Positions 1 to 11,660 of a stretch of DNA of 64,000 nt are shown piece by piece. This DNA is from Prasinococcaceae sp. CCMP 1430. Taxonomy: Eukaryota > Plantae > Prasinodermophyta. The position numbers and the translations under genes are program-made. Within the stretch, counting starts at the first letter, position 1; every line of letters starts with the position of its first letter. The notes under the pieces were generated by a model, which ran no database searches, was not told where the DNA came from, and worked only from the letters and a program-made list of their open reading frames with translations. Where the stretch lies: contig RQSC01000021.1 in assembly GCA_013416795.1 (NCBI GenBank), positions 63,929 to 127,928 of the forward strand, written 5' to 3'.

Positions 1-850
1 CAGGCGCGCTCGCGTGAGGCGATTCTCCGACGTGTGCGGCACACGCACGTATATGTTTGAGGAGGGTGACCGCGCTGGGGAGGGCGCTCGCTCGCCAAGG
101 GGGCAGGCAGGACTAGAGGATGACGTCGGGTCGGTGAAGCAGCAGTCGCACCTAGCGGTACAGTCGACGCGGCAAGGCGGACGCGCCGCTCACAGTCAGT
201 CGCGGCAGCCGCCCTGGCAATACCACCACCGGCGGGACTACGCATCCACGCCGCTGATCTCAGAGCAGCTAAGCACAGAGTCGATGCGCCTCTGGGCGCC
301 GCGCACCGGAGAAGTGAACACGTCGTTGCCCCCGCGGCCGCACAGTCATTGCAGTGTCGGCAGCCGGGGCGTGCGGTCAGACTCAGAGGACGGCGGAGGC
401 ACGTGGCAGGGCGCGGCAACGCTGCGTGCGGTGCCGCCCCTGCCCCCCGCTGCACGCACGTCGAGTGCCGCGTGGAGCGAATACGGCGCCGAGGTGTGTG
501 CAATCAACTCGAGCGCGCACGCAGGCCTTATGTACGCGCTTGGACGGCAGGACGATCACGATCACGATCACAACCGCGACCATGAGCAGCGCGGACAGGA
601 GCGCCCTCGCGCACCAACACCGTCGCAAGGCCGCACGCTGTCGCCGCACCGCCCGCAGATCCGTCAGCTGAGCTCTGCTGACGCGCTCAACGCGGTCCGA
701 CCGTTGGCACCAACTCCGCGGAAGATGATGATGGCTGACCGCGAAGGTGCCGCCCAATTAATGCCAGCGAGTGCCGAGCCCAGCGCTGACTTTGGCCTCG
801 AGCGCGAGCCGAGCTTCAGCGGGCTCAGTGAGGACGCGCGCACAATCTAG
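1..850 (+). CDS. 3' end of a hypothetical protein (disordered tail), truncated by the window start
   Basis: The frame of ORF 14..850 is open from position 2 to the TAG at 848-850 and converges on TMEM131. No recognisable domain. Confidence 0.35.
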   Translation, partial: RRARVRRFSDVCGTRTYMFEEGDRAGEGARSPRGQAGLEDDVGSVKQQSHLAVQSTRQGGRAAHSQSRQPPWQYHHRRDYASTPLISEQLSTESMRLWAPRTGEVNTSLPPRPHSHCSVGSRGVRSDSEDGGGTWQGAATLRAVPPLPPAARTSSAAWSEYGAEVCAINSSAHAGLMYALGRQDDHDHDHNRDHEQRGQERPRAPTPSQGRTLSPHRPQIRQLSSADALNAVRPLAPTPRKMMMADREGAAQLMPASAEPSADFGLEREPSFSGLSEDARTI

Positions 851-942
851 TCTCTTCACTATTCTAGTGACTATCAATCCACACGGGGACGCATCGGGTA
901 TTGTCACGCATGCTTTCTCGACCTTACTGGACACGCAAGCCC

Positions 943-1916
943 TTAGCTCGTGCGCTCGCGCTTGGTCTCTTTCGCACCACTCCCATCGCCAGAGCTGGCG
1001 GTGCCGGCCGCGACACCCTGGAAAGGGGCTTGCTCCACGGGCCCACCCGCGAAGCCCAAGTCGTCACCCCAGTGCTCGGCGCCACCCGCTCCGGTCTGCG
1101 ACCCGTATGCGCCCCATCCAGCAGCTCCGCCCTGGCCTGCGCCGCCGCCGCTTCCCCAGATGTCGTACAGTGTGGAGCTCAGCTGTCCCTGCTCGCCCAG
1201 TCGGCCGCGGCCGAACGACGACAGTGCGTCGAGCGAACCGAAACCACCCGCGGCCGGCTCTGATGGCGGAGCGGCAAAGGCAGACGACGCGTCAGCAAAC
1301 ACTGCAGCCGCCTCGCTCGAAGCACCGAAGGGCTCCACTCCCCCCGACCCATCTGTCGGCGACAAGGGCATCTCGTCCAGGCCGTGTTCCATCAGGCGGC
1401 GCAGGTCGATCTCGAAGCTAGGTGTGCGGTCATGCCCAATGCTGGGTGCGCGACCGTGCCTTATGCCTGTCGTAGGAGCTGCCGGAGCTGGCGGCATCTC
1501 CTGCGGTGGCTGCTCCATTGGCTGGGACTGCGGCGGCAGGATGCCCGTCTGCCCGCGCTGCTGCTGCTGCTGCTGCTGCGGCAAGCTGAAGATCGACTGC
1601 GACGCGCCGAAGCTGGGCGACGTGGATGAAGTGAAGGGCCGCGCCTGCGGAACGAAAGAGGTGCCGCGAGGCTGCGCCATCGTGTTCGGCCGCATGTGCG
1701 CCTGCACCTGCGCCTGTGCGAGCGCCTGCGCGTCTTGGGACTCTTGGGCACGACCAGCGGCGTGAGCCTGTTGCTGCTGCAGCTGCTGCATACGGAGCTG
1801 CGCCTGCTGTTGAAGGCGCTGCTGCTGCTGCTGCTGCTGGCGTTGCTGTTGGAGATTCTGCTGCTGCTGCTGCTGAGCCTGCAAAAGCTGCTGCTGCTGC
1901 TGCTGCTGCACGCGTA

Positions 1917-1953
<37 letters not shown>

Positions 1954-4900
1954 CAGCAAGATCTGCTGCTGCTGTTGCATATGAAGCTGCTGCTGGGCCT
2001 GCGGTTGGGTGAGCTGCTGCTGCTTGAAGCGCTGCTGCGCCTGCCTGTTGGCAGCGACAGGCGCTCCGAATTGCTGCGGCTGCGTGGTGCCACGGAACGC
2101 GGCGGGCGGAGCAGCAACGTTGGACGCACCCACAGCAGGCGCGGTGCCCCAGCGATTTGGCGGTGTGAGCACTGGCGCGGGCGCCATTGGAGGCTTGCTT
2201 CCCCCCACCCTGGTTGGCGCCGCTGCAAGCCGCCGCGGCTGCGGCTGCGGCTGTGGCTGCGGCAACTTGGCCTGCCTGATGGGCTTGTTGGGCTGCAGGT
2301 GTGACTGCGGCTGGAACTTGAGGAGCGGCTGTTTGCCGTGCAACAACGCCTGCTTGGCCTGCGCCAGCGACGGCTGTTTGGCCTGTGCAAGTGCCGGCAC
2401 CTTTGCCTGCACCTGTGGCTGCTGTCGTGCCTGTTGCTTGAAAGACTTGTCGGGCAAGGGCAGATGCTGCTGAAGCGAGTGCTGCTGCTGAAGCGATTGC
2501 GCTGGTGGCTGCTGTGGCTGCTGGTGCTTCCGACCGCCGGCCTCAAGTTTCGTCCATGCACCACCCTTCTGCTCTGCAGCCGCAAAACGCTCGGCGGCAG
2601 CTAGCTTCTCAGCACGCTCACGCTCCCGGCGACGCTCGCGGCGACTGGGCCCCGTGCGCTCAGCCTTGCCATTCTGGGACACGTCAGAGATCGAGGGTGA
2701 GGAGTCTTGATCATTGCTGCTCACAGCAGCAGGTACTGATACGATGTTCTTTGGCGAGCTATCGCCGCTTCCTCCGCCGTCGCTCCCGGAGGCGGACGAG
2801 GGACCCACCGACTCACCGGCACTCGTCTCAGCGTTGGTTTCAGTCACCGAGCGAGGGCTGAGCATCCCACGGGAGGCCTTGTCTTCGCTCATCATTGCCG
2901 CCACCGCTGCCGAGGTACCTTCGGCAACAGCTTCATCCGCTCCGACGCCACTGCCTCTGGCATCCATCGTGGTAGTCGCAGCGGGCATTTTGGGCACCAG
3001 CTCACGCATGTACACATGGCTGACCGCCGCAAGCAGTCCGAGAGTCACCAGCAGCGCAAGCGCGTACAGCATAATCTCGAGCAGAGTGCGCGGCGCCTCG
3101 CTCAGGCAGCGGTCCAGCGTGTCCTCGCCCGCCCAACCCTCCAGCTGCACGCGAAGGCTGCCAACGCTTGTGCTCACCTCCATCATTTGCGCTGTGCGAC
3201 GCGCGCTGCAGTCCGGCAGAAACAAGACTTGAACGTAAGCAGACTGGCCGGGCTCGAGCGTGCCGACCTCGATGTCATCCTTGTCCAGTGCGAACGTGCG
3301 TGATGAGGTTGGCCCAGGCGGTTGTTCTGGTTTCGCCGGCACTGGCGCGTGGCCCAGAGGAGTGTAGCCAGGTTCAACATGCAGCTGCATGGGCACCGGC
3401 TGTGGCGGCGGAGAAGTAAGCGCTGAGAGCCACAGGTCATGCACTTGCACGGGGAGATCACCGTCATTGGTAAACGACAGCGTACGCGGCACTGTGCGCG
3501 GCCATGCGCTGCGCTCAGCCCCGTCACGTCCCCAGTGCTCCGGCACATGGCTACTGTTCATCTCAAACGAGAGCCTTCCCAAGCGGCCTCGCCCAGGCAC
3601 GCCAAAAGCCTTGTCGCACACACCGAAGAAGAGGCAGCCAAGCAGGCCACCCGGTGGTAGGGCGCGCAGGGCAGGCGCATTGCTCCCATCCTTCAGCAGG
3701 CCCTCCACACGCAGGTGCCCAGAACCTCCAGTGCCCACCAGCTGCACCTCGTCAAGCAAGGTGAGGTTGTTCTTCACCTGCATGCGTGCCGAGTACTCAG
3801 CCAGGTGCGTCGGGTAGAAGTGCACAGGCCCGAAGAGTGCGCTGCCCATTGGTGGGATCACTCCCTCGACAGTGGCACCGGGCGGTAGCCTGAATGCCGC
3901 GGCAGCCCCCTCCGGGCCGCTGGCATTGAGCATCGCCGGCTCCCAGCCGATGGGCATCAGGTGAGCAGCCAAAGGCAGAGCGCTGGGATTGTCGAGCTCG
4001 AGGTACCGCACGCCCACCGTGCCTGTCTGCACGCGCTCAAAGTCGAGCTTGGCCTGACCAGGCTCTGACCCTTTGAGTAGATTCGGTCGCGCAAGCTGCG
4101 CATGCACGCGCATAGAAAGGTTGCCGGAGATATCCGTCTCAAGCACAGCCATCGCATCCACACGCCCCCTGCCACCGTCGAGCGCCGTCTCCCACCACTT
4201 CGACATCCCCTCGTACGCCGCTGCCTCGGCTTTCGTAAGCATGTTGCCGGCCGCACCCGCCACAGCCACTACCGACCCGCCCGGGAGAATAGTGCCGTCG
4301 GGCAAGTGCGAATCGCGCGAAAGCAAGCTGCCCTCGCCGATGTTGACGATGATATCTGCCACATGCGAGGCCACTTGTGGGCGCAGCACTCGGTTGCGCA
4401 TGACCAAGGTCACACGATCATCAGTCGAGGACGAGGCCAACACTTGCACGTCTTTTGGGTAAGTTGAGGTCACCCACACCTGCTGGGTCATGAGGACGCC
4501 AGGGAAGGTCACGCCGAGATCCAGGGTCTGCTGCATATCAGCCAGTAGTTTTCCCTCGACCCCCTCCAGGGACACGGGCACGCGCATGGGTCCGTGAGAG
4601 GTACTGATCGCGACAACACCCGAAGCTGCACCCGTGGCAACCATCGTTGCCACCACTGTCAACCGTACAGCGTCACCAGGCCGCAACAGGACAGCGCCAC
4701 GGCCGGCCGTCACAGTGGTCTCCCCCTCCGCCTCGATCGTCTCGATGTGGCGATTTCTCTGGTAAACCTCTCCAAGTTGCAAGGCGAGCGAGCGTAGTCC
4801 TTCCACTTTGACTGGACCCACCGTCACACTCACGGGGTTCAAATTGACCAGCTGCACCGAGCGCGTGTGGCTGAGACCAGCGCTGGCACCCACGAGGCCG

Positions 4901-6747
4901 AAGTCCAGCGCCGCCACTGCAGGCGCGCGGCTGTCGCGCGAGTCCGATGCAGCCGTTGCTTTCTCAGCAGGCGGTTCGTCTGCGATGACCTTCACCTCGC
5001 CCGTGTACACTCGTATTGCCACACGCAGCGTTGTCATATTGGTAAAGACAGCTACCTTGGCCTCGAACGGTCGCGCCGGCGCGTCGCCGACAGCAACACG
5101 CACCTCAAGCGGAGGTAGAGCCGCACCTGCGGCCACAGTGAGCATACTGGACGCGTCCTGGTCGCCCAGGGAGCCCGGCACGCTGAGAACCTCCACGTGC
5201 TTGTCTTCAGAAAGCACTGAGTACACCGTGAGTCCAGTTGGAAAGGTATTCACTAGTGGGATCGACCTGCGCACAGGCGCCGAACCCGAGCTGGCGCGGA
5301 ACGTCACTGCGCGTGGGTTGGAAAGCAGGCTGCCATGGATGACGTGCGCACGGTACGGCACCTCCATCCGCGCCCCCGAGGGCGTGGTTGCGTTGGTGCG
5401 TATCGTCACAGAACCCGCGTAGTAGCCCTCCTTCGAGCCGCTGTGCAGCAATACCGCCACCACCGCCTCAGAGTAGGGTGCCACCACACTTCCCTCACGC
5501 CCCCTAAGCTTGAGCGATGAGTCCAGCGGGCTGGCGTACACCTTGTTGATGGCGAGAGGCAAAGGGCCTCCGTTGACGACACGCACCTCGCGCTTTCCCC
5601 ACCTGTGCTCGGTGGTCAACATGCCAAAGTCGACCTCATCCGGAATGCGATATACGCTGCCCTCGATCGCCTGCATCTCCATGGGGATCATCAGCGTATC
5701 CTGTTCTGTACGAATGTGCAGCAAGCCGAGGTAGGACCCCATGGTGTCCCCCTTGAACTGCAATGATATTATCGGCCGCGTACTGTGCGGCGGGATGGCC
5801 CACACGTTCTTGGACGACGCCTCCGTGGCCTGGTCGGCGCCGGCGCCCTCGTCTCCAAAACCCTGCGCCTGCGCAGGGAGGACGATTCGCGCAAAGTCCT
5901 CATTGGTGAACACCTCCTTCACCCACAGCGTCTCGCTGAAGGGGTTGTGCATGCTCAGTAGGTAGTCCCTCCGCACGCCCACCGGTGCGGTGACGCCGGC
6001 CAGCGGTTGCACATTGAACGGGCTCAGCTCGCCAGCGCCCTCAACCCGAACGATGAAGGCCCCGGCGGACGTGTGCACCACGAGCGTCCCACGGTCTTCA
6101 CCCAGTTCCCGCGGCAAGTACGCGATCTGCAGCTCCGCGGTCCCTCCAGCTTCCACGGCGGTCACTTCGAATCCGAGCGGGAAGAAGCTCGTCGTGTCAG
6201 AGCTGATGGTATGCACGACGACCTCGTGGGACTTGCCGGTGTTGGTTACCTGCACGGTGAGCGTGTGGGGCTGGCAGATCGTGCGCGGCCCGTATTTCAG
6301 GGCGGGTGGGCTGATCGCCACCCTGGGCGCGTTCGCCTGCGGGGCCGCGAAGCCTTGCGCAACACGCGGCGTGCTCTCGGAGGGTGCGCTCGGGGTGCCG
6401 TCTAACAGCGCGGCTCCTGCGCGCGGTGGCGTCTGAGCCTCCCCGCCCTGCGCACCCTCGCCATCTAACAAGCTTGCAGGTGCCACCGTTCGCGCGTCGG
6501 CCGCGGCCGCTGCCGCGAAGGCGCCGCGGGGCGCCGCCGTTGATGCCGCCGCTGCCGCAGCCGCCGCGGTCCTTTTGAGCCAGGTTCCGGCGGCCGCGGG
6601 AGGCGGAAGCGCGTTGACGTTCCTGATGGCAGCGCCAACGCGCCCACGCGTGCCCCCCCCGCCTGCGTTTGCCACGCCGCACGCGAACAGCATCACTGCT
6701 GCGAGAGCGAACAGGGCCTTGACGGCCGAGCTCCTTGTGCGAGCCAT
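943..6747 (-). CDS. TMEM131: Transmembrane protein 131 homolog: signal peptide, multiple Ig/PapD-like (ASH-type) domains, one TM helix, polyQ disordered tail
   Basis: ATG at 6747 gives a signal peptide (MARTRSSAVKALFALAAVMLFACGVANA). PPALKYGPRTICQPHTLTVQVTN...TLVVHTSAGAF...SPFNVQPL...MHNPFSETL resembles the TMEM131 N-terminal domain. Repeated LDFG...V.L.N motifs, TM IMLYALALLVTLGLLAAVSHVYM, Q-rich tail. Single exon. Confidence 0.88.
1775..2035 (-). repeat. CAG/CAA trinucleotide tract encoding polyglutamine in the TMEM131 tail
   Basis: Interrupted (CTG)n/(TTG) runs on the + strand, translated as QQQQ runs. Confidence 0.9.
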
Positions 6748-7743
6748 GGCGCTGCCGGTGCGTGCGCACGCCGCCGCCTGCCTGGCGGAGAAAAAAAAAA
6801 AGGTGAAAGAGGGACGCACGAGCGGAAGACGGGAAGCCACGCGGGGGGAGATCCTCCCCCTCGCGGCTGCGTCCGCCTGCGCTCGCCGCGCGCGTCCCTC
6901 TTATGGCTCGCTCTCGCCACCGCCGCTCGCCGCGCCGGCGCCTCCTGCGGCGCCCCGCTGCGGCCGCGGCCGCCGNATACTTTGGACCCAATTTTCACCA
7001 TCAGCATGCCGGTCGGTGGCTCTTCTGAGGCCGCCAGCCAGCGGAGCGGCGTCGCGCGCGGCGCCGGCGCCTCGGATCCGATTCGGGGGTTTGCGCGAAC
7101 CCTAGCGACGCGAGCGAGGCTCTAGAGCTAGACGAGCGAGCGAGCGAGCGATGGAGCGAGGGGTTTATTTTATTTTTATTTTGTAGTGGACAGTGTACCA
7201 TACCAGGTACTGTATCTCTTTCTTTGAAGTGGGTTCCATACGAGCTTCGACCGACGGTCGATGGTGGGATCCACACGGGGAATGCGCTGGGTCAAACCTC
7301 CGTTTCGCGGCGCTCGTCGCGGGCGGAGCCTGATTTTGATGGGAGGGGGAGCGGGCCGGCGTCGCGCCCGGCATGCTGCCTGCCTGTGCCGGGCGTGGTC
7401 GCTCGCTGGCTGAGCCGCTTCGGGTCGGCCCACGGATGCCATGCGTGCGCGCGGTGAGCGCGCGCCCGCCCGCCGCGCCTAGCGCGACGGCACTGGCGTG
7501 CGCCACTCGTCGCGCGGCGCCGCTCGGCGGGCGTCGCGGGGTGGCGGAGGGGTGGAGGCACAGGTGCTTGCTACAGCAGCGGAGGCCGCGTGAAGGGGCG
7601 CCGTGTACACGGCGCCGCGGCGCGGCGCGCCCGCGCGCGCGCCGAGATCAGCACACGCTCCGAAGCGCCGATCGGGCGCCCCACAGTGGAGAGGGGTCGA
7701 GGGCGGGAGGGGCGAGGCGCGCAGCGCCGCACCCTCGGCGGCC

Positions 7744-9131
7744 ATGACGGAGCTCACGAAGGAGTGGCTCAAGAAGGTGCGTTGTGGTGACAGAGCGCGG
7801 GGACCTCGGAACGCGTCGACCGAGGCGCTGGCAGGCGCGCCCCAAACAGAGATGGCGCTGACCTCTCAATGCGCACCCGCCGTTGCCTGCCGCACTCCGC
7901 TGGCCGACCCACGCCTGCCATTAACCCCTCACGCCTGCAGCACTGCAAGGCCGAAAAGATGTTCACGACACCCTCGCTGAACGACAAGATGTTCCTCAAC
8001 AACAAGGGCATCACCATGCTACAGAATCTGGAGGAGTTCACCGGCCTCAAGGCGCTCTTCCTCGAGGGCAACGGCCTTGAGTCGCTCGAGGGCCTCGAGA
8101 CGCTCACGCAGCTCAAGTGCCTGTACGCGCAAAAGAACTTCCTGCACCGGCTCGACGGGCTCGAGCACCTCTCTGACACGCTTGACACTCTCAACGTCAG
8201 CAACAATCGCCTGGAGGCGCTCGAGGGCGTCTCCGAGCTCGCCAAGCTCGCCACGCTGCAGGCGTCGCACAATCAGCTGGCCACGGCCAATGCCATCGAG
8301 GAGCTCAGGGACTGCAAGAACGTGTCGGTCCTCGATCTCAGCCAGAACAAACTCGACGACGTGGCGATTGTAGACACGTTGGCGGCGATGCCTGCGCTGC
8401 GAGTGCTGTACCTCTCGGGCAATCCTGCTGTGTCGAAGGTGCCACACTACAGAAAGACCATGGTCAGCAGATGCAAGGGCCTCACCTTCCTCGACGACAG
8501 GCCCGTCTTCGAAAAGGAGCGCCGCTGCTCCGAGGCATGGGCCGACGCCGTCGCGCGCGGGGAGGATGGCATCGCTGCCGAGCGTGCCATGCGCAAAACC
8601 ATCGTCGAGGAGGAGGATGCGGCAAAGGAGGCAAACTTTCAGTTCATGAAGAAGATGAGGGAGGGCTCCAGGAGGAGGCGCCTCGTGCGTGAGGGTCGCG
8701 TCGACCTGTCGGCCTTCCCGCCGGACGCGGCGTTGGAAGACCTGCCCGATGAGGTCTTTGCATCAGCTCTCGCCGAGGTGGACGCTGAGGATGAGGACGT
8801 GGGGGAGTATATTCCGCCGCAGGAGCCACCCGAGCTCGTCGCCGCACGGGAGGCGCTCGTGCAGTCGGGCTGGCGCCCTCCGGCAGGCGAGGAGGAGCCA
8901 CCGGATATCACCGCGCTCAGAGCGCGCATGATGAGTGGAATGGGCAGCGTTGGCGCGGCGACGCCGCCGCCTGCCGAGGTCGCGGCCATCAGTGCGCCTG
9001 CAGCCACAAGCGCGCCTGCGACCGACGGCGCATCCGTGGGAGACAGCGCACCCGCAGCCGACGGCGCATCCGCGGCCGAGTCGGCGCAGGAGGAGGCCAC
9101 GCTGGGCGATGAGCTGAGTGACGTAGACTAG
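7744..9131 (+). CDS. DNAAF1: Dynein axonemal assembly factor 1 (ODA7/LRRC50), LRR protein; 2 exons
   Basis: Exons 7744-7776 and 7941-9131. Intron 7777-7940 (GTGCGT...CTGAC...CCTGCAG). The spliced N-terminus [55 protein letters not shown] matches the ODA7 pattern. SDS22-like LRRs, LRRcap [26 protein letters not shown] at ~9162. Confidence 0.9.
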
Positions 9132-9258
9132 AACGAGCTCGCGCACTCTCATGTCTTGTACTGTAATCATGCGTTGAATACGCGACCCTTCCTGGGCAGA
9201 CATGCGATTGGAGTATCACGGCTGCCTACAGTTGCGGTGCGCGCGTCTCTCGCACCTC

Positions 9259-10623
9259 TCACGCAATGGCGAGGCATGTGACCTTGCCTCCCTCACCGAC
9301 GGTCTCGACCGCAGTCTTGAGCGCCCTCACCGACTCGGCGGTCGCACGGAAGAGGCATCGCCCGTCGCCCCCAACAATGGAGTATGCACCACCTGCAGCC
9401 ATCGCAATGCACGTGACCCCGTCCATGCACTGTGCGAGCGAGGCTTTGAATGTCTCGTGGTGCGTCGCCGAGATAGCGAAGCGCGCGCCACCATACGAGC
9501 GGACGGCGTCGCGGCGGCGCCACGTCAGAGCCCAGCCGCCGTCGGGCGCCAGCGCCACACGGTCCACCGCACCACCTTCAAACTCAATCACCTCCTTGGC
9601 CGCGTCGGCCAGCGGCTGCCTGGCAGCCACAAGCCGGTACGAGCACTCCGTGCTGCCGTCTGCAGTTGTGCTGACCACCACCCACTCGTCGGTGGCCGCA
9701 GCGCCCGCGGTGTTGGAGCTCATGGACAGGGACACGCAGGTGATCTCGCCGCCGGCGCTCACAATGGTCGTCAGTTTCTCCCCGAGCTCCTTGCCGAGCA
9801 CGCCCTTGTAGCCGCGTCCGCCGCCGTATATAACCACCCAGGCGGTGCCTGCGAGCGCCACCCAATTCACCTCTTCGTTGTGGCGATTGAGCTCGGCGAG
9901 CGCCGCATTGAGCGCTGGCACGCGCGTCGTGCAGCTGAACGCGTTGCGGCCAGCGACCGCCACAAATTGGAGCTCAGAGACTGGCGACGTCGCCCCTACA
10001 GCGGCTGCGGACACAGGAGCGGGCGGAGCACCCAGCGGCGACCCTATGGCGGCGGTGGCAGCGGCAAGCGCGACAGGGGGCGTCGGCGAGGCAGGCCCCG
10101 GCTCAGGTTTGGACGTGGGCGGCGCAGGCGACGATGGGTCTACCGCCGTAGGTGCAGCCACGGAGCGATCCCGTGCGTCCGCCACGGGAGCTTCAGCCTG
10201 GAGGGCCTGCGCCACCGATGCGGGCGGCACCGAGGGCGTAGCTGGGGCCAAAGAGGTGGAATCCTCAGCGATAGGAGAGGCCGGCGGTTCGGAAGGGCTG
10301 GATGACTCAGCCGGCGGGGTTGGTGGCGCGGGTGCGTCCGTAGCTGTCGGAGGGGCAGGTGACGCGGGTGTGTCCTGTGCTCCCGGATGAGCCTGCGGCG
10401 CAGGCGGGGACGGAGCGTCGGCTAAGGCAGGCGAGGCCTGAGCTAACGACGGCTCCAAGAGTGCGGGCAGGTCACCCACGTCCATGCCCGCCATCTCGGC
10501 GACGAGCGCGTCGTTGCTCAGCGCCTCGCCGGCGTCATCCCCTTCGCTCTCGTCCCTGTCGTCATCGCCGCCCGCAGACACTGCATCCGGCGTCGGCGTC
10601 GGCGACGGAGCCGCCGCCGCCAT
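9259..10623 (-). CDS. Hypothetical protein: acidic/Pro-Ala-rich N-terminus, C-terminal array of ~45-aa degenerate beta-beta-beta-alpha repeats
   Basis: ATG at 10623 (MAAAAPSPTP). Repeats begin EVNWVALAGTAWVVI, EITCVSL..EWVVV, AVDRVALAPDGGWAL, GVTCIAMAAGGAYSIV, KVTCLAIA. Confidence 0.65.
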   Translation of the reverse strand: MAAAAPSPTPTPDAVSAGGDDDRDESEGDDAGEALSNDALVAEMAGMDVGDLPALLEPSLAQASPALADAPSPPAPQAHPGAQDTPASPAPPTATDAPAPPTPPAESSSPSEPPASPIAEDSTSLAPATPSVPPASVAQALQAEAPVADARDRSVAAPTAVDPSSPAPPTSKPEPGPASPTPPVALAAATAAIGSPLGAPPAPVSAAAVGATSPVSELQFVAVAGRNAFSCTTRVPALNAALAELNRHNEEVNWVALAGTAWVVIYGGGRGYKGVLGKELGEKLTTIVSAGGEITCVSLSMSSNTAGAAATDEWVVVSTTADGSTECSYRLVAARQPLADAAKEVIEFEGGAVDRVALAPDGGWALTWRRRDAVRSYGGARFAISATHHETFKASLAQCMDGVTCIAMAAGGAYSIVGGDGRCLFRATAESVRALKTAVETVGEGGKVTCLAIA

Positions 10624-11222
10624 CGCTTCTGACGGAACAGGGCGGGACCCCCACCCTCCCACCCCCCCACCCCCCCTACCCCCACCCCCCTCCCTCCGCC
10701 GGGTCGCGGTCCCGCGCCCCCGCCGCCCTTGTGGCGCACCCACCGCGGAGGCGCACGCGCATCGACCCGAGCCGCAGGCGAGCGCGAGCTGGCGGCGCCA
10801 TAACGGGTCGGCACCGGCTGGGCGGCGCACGAGCGTGCGCTCGAAAGGGGTTTGGGTTCGTGCTGCGGGGTTATGGTTTCGAATGAGGGTACAGTAGCTA
10901 CACTAAAAGTCATGTCACATTCGCATGCAGATGCATTGATTCTGGTGCAGATTGCTGGGGTCGGGTCGGCAAGAACATTTGCACCACCCCATCCGTCAGA
11001 GTGGCTCGCAGCAGGGAGAGGACGGGCGTGTTTGTGAGTGACCGCGGTGGCTCCGCACACGCTCCGCAAGTGGGCGGGCTGGTGGGAGCAAGCAGAGTGG
11101 GTGTGAGCTCGGGCATCGTGGCGATCCTCCTCGCGGAGCCGCCACGCGCCCGCCGCGCGCTGCGCTGCGCTGCGCTGCTGCCGCTGCGCCGCGGCGCACC
11201 GACAGCCGCGCGTTTCGGATAG

Positions 11223-11466
11223 CGGCGAGTCATCGAAATACGCAATTCAAATAGACCTGATATTTACCCACGGGCACCACCAGCGCCTCTATATTGAAAA
11301 GCGTTGTGGTTGTTTCGGGTGCGTTTCGGTGCGCGACCGCGCGCATGCTCGGCGGCGAGTCATCGAAATAAGCAATTAAAGTAGACGTATTATTTACCCA
11401 CGGGCACCACCAACGCCTCGATTGAAAAGCGTTGTGGTGTTTCGGTGCGCGACCGCGCGCATGCTC
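11223..11466. repeat. Diverged tandem duplication of a ~120-bp non-coding unit
   Basis: CGGCGAGTCATCGAAATA...TTTACCCACGGGCACCACCA...TTGAAAAGCGTTGTGGT...TTTCGGTGCGCGACCGCGCGCATGCTC occurs at ~11223-11350 and again at ~11353-11466. Confidence 0.92.
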
Positions 11467-11660
11467 TTTGTCCTGCCGGTCTCTGAGCGAATGCGTTTTG
11501 ATGTGGGCGTGCGAGCAGCGGTGCGGCGCGGCGGCGGCGCGGTCGCGCGGGCCCTGCACAGATCGGCACGTTTTTGTGCGCGCGGCCGCAGCGGCTTCAC
11601 ACGGACCGCGCCGACGACGGAGCTCGCAGCAGCTCCGCCGGCACGGCGCTCGCTGCGGGT

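Noticed and set aside
7777-7940. Introner-like repeated introns among the housekeeping genes
   Set aside because: These introns share only the donor, branch and acceptor consensus. The only homologous intron pair is at 59.7/60.0 kb.
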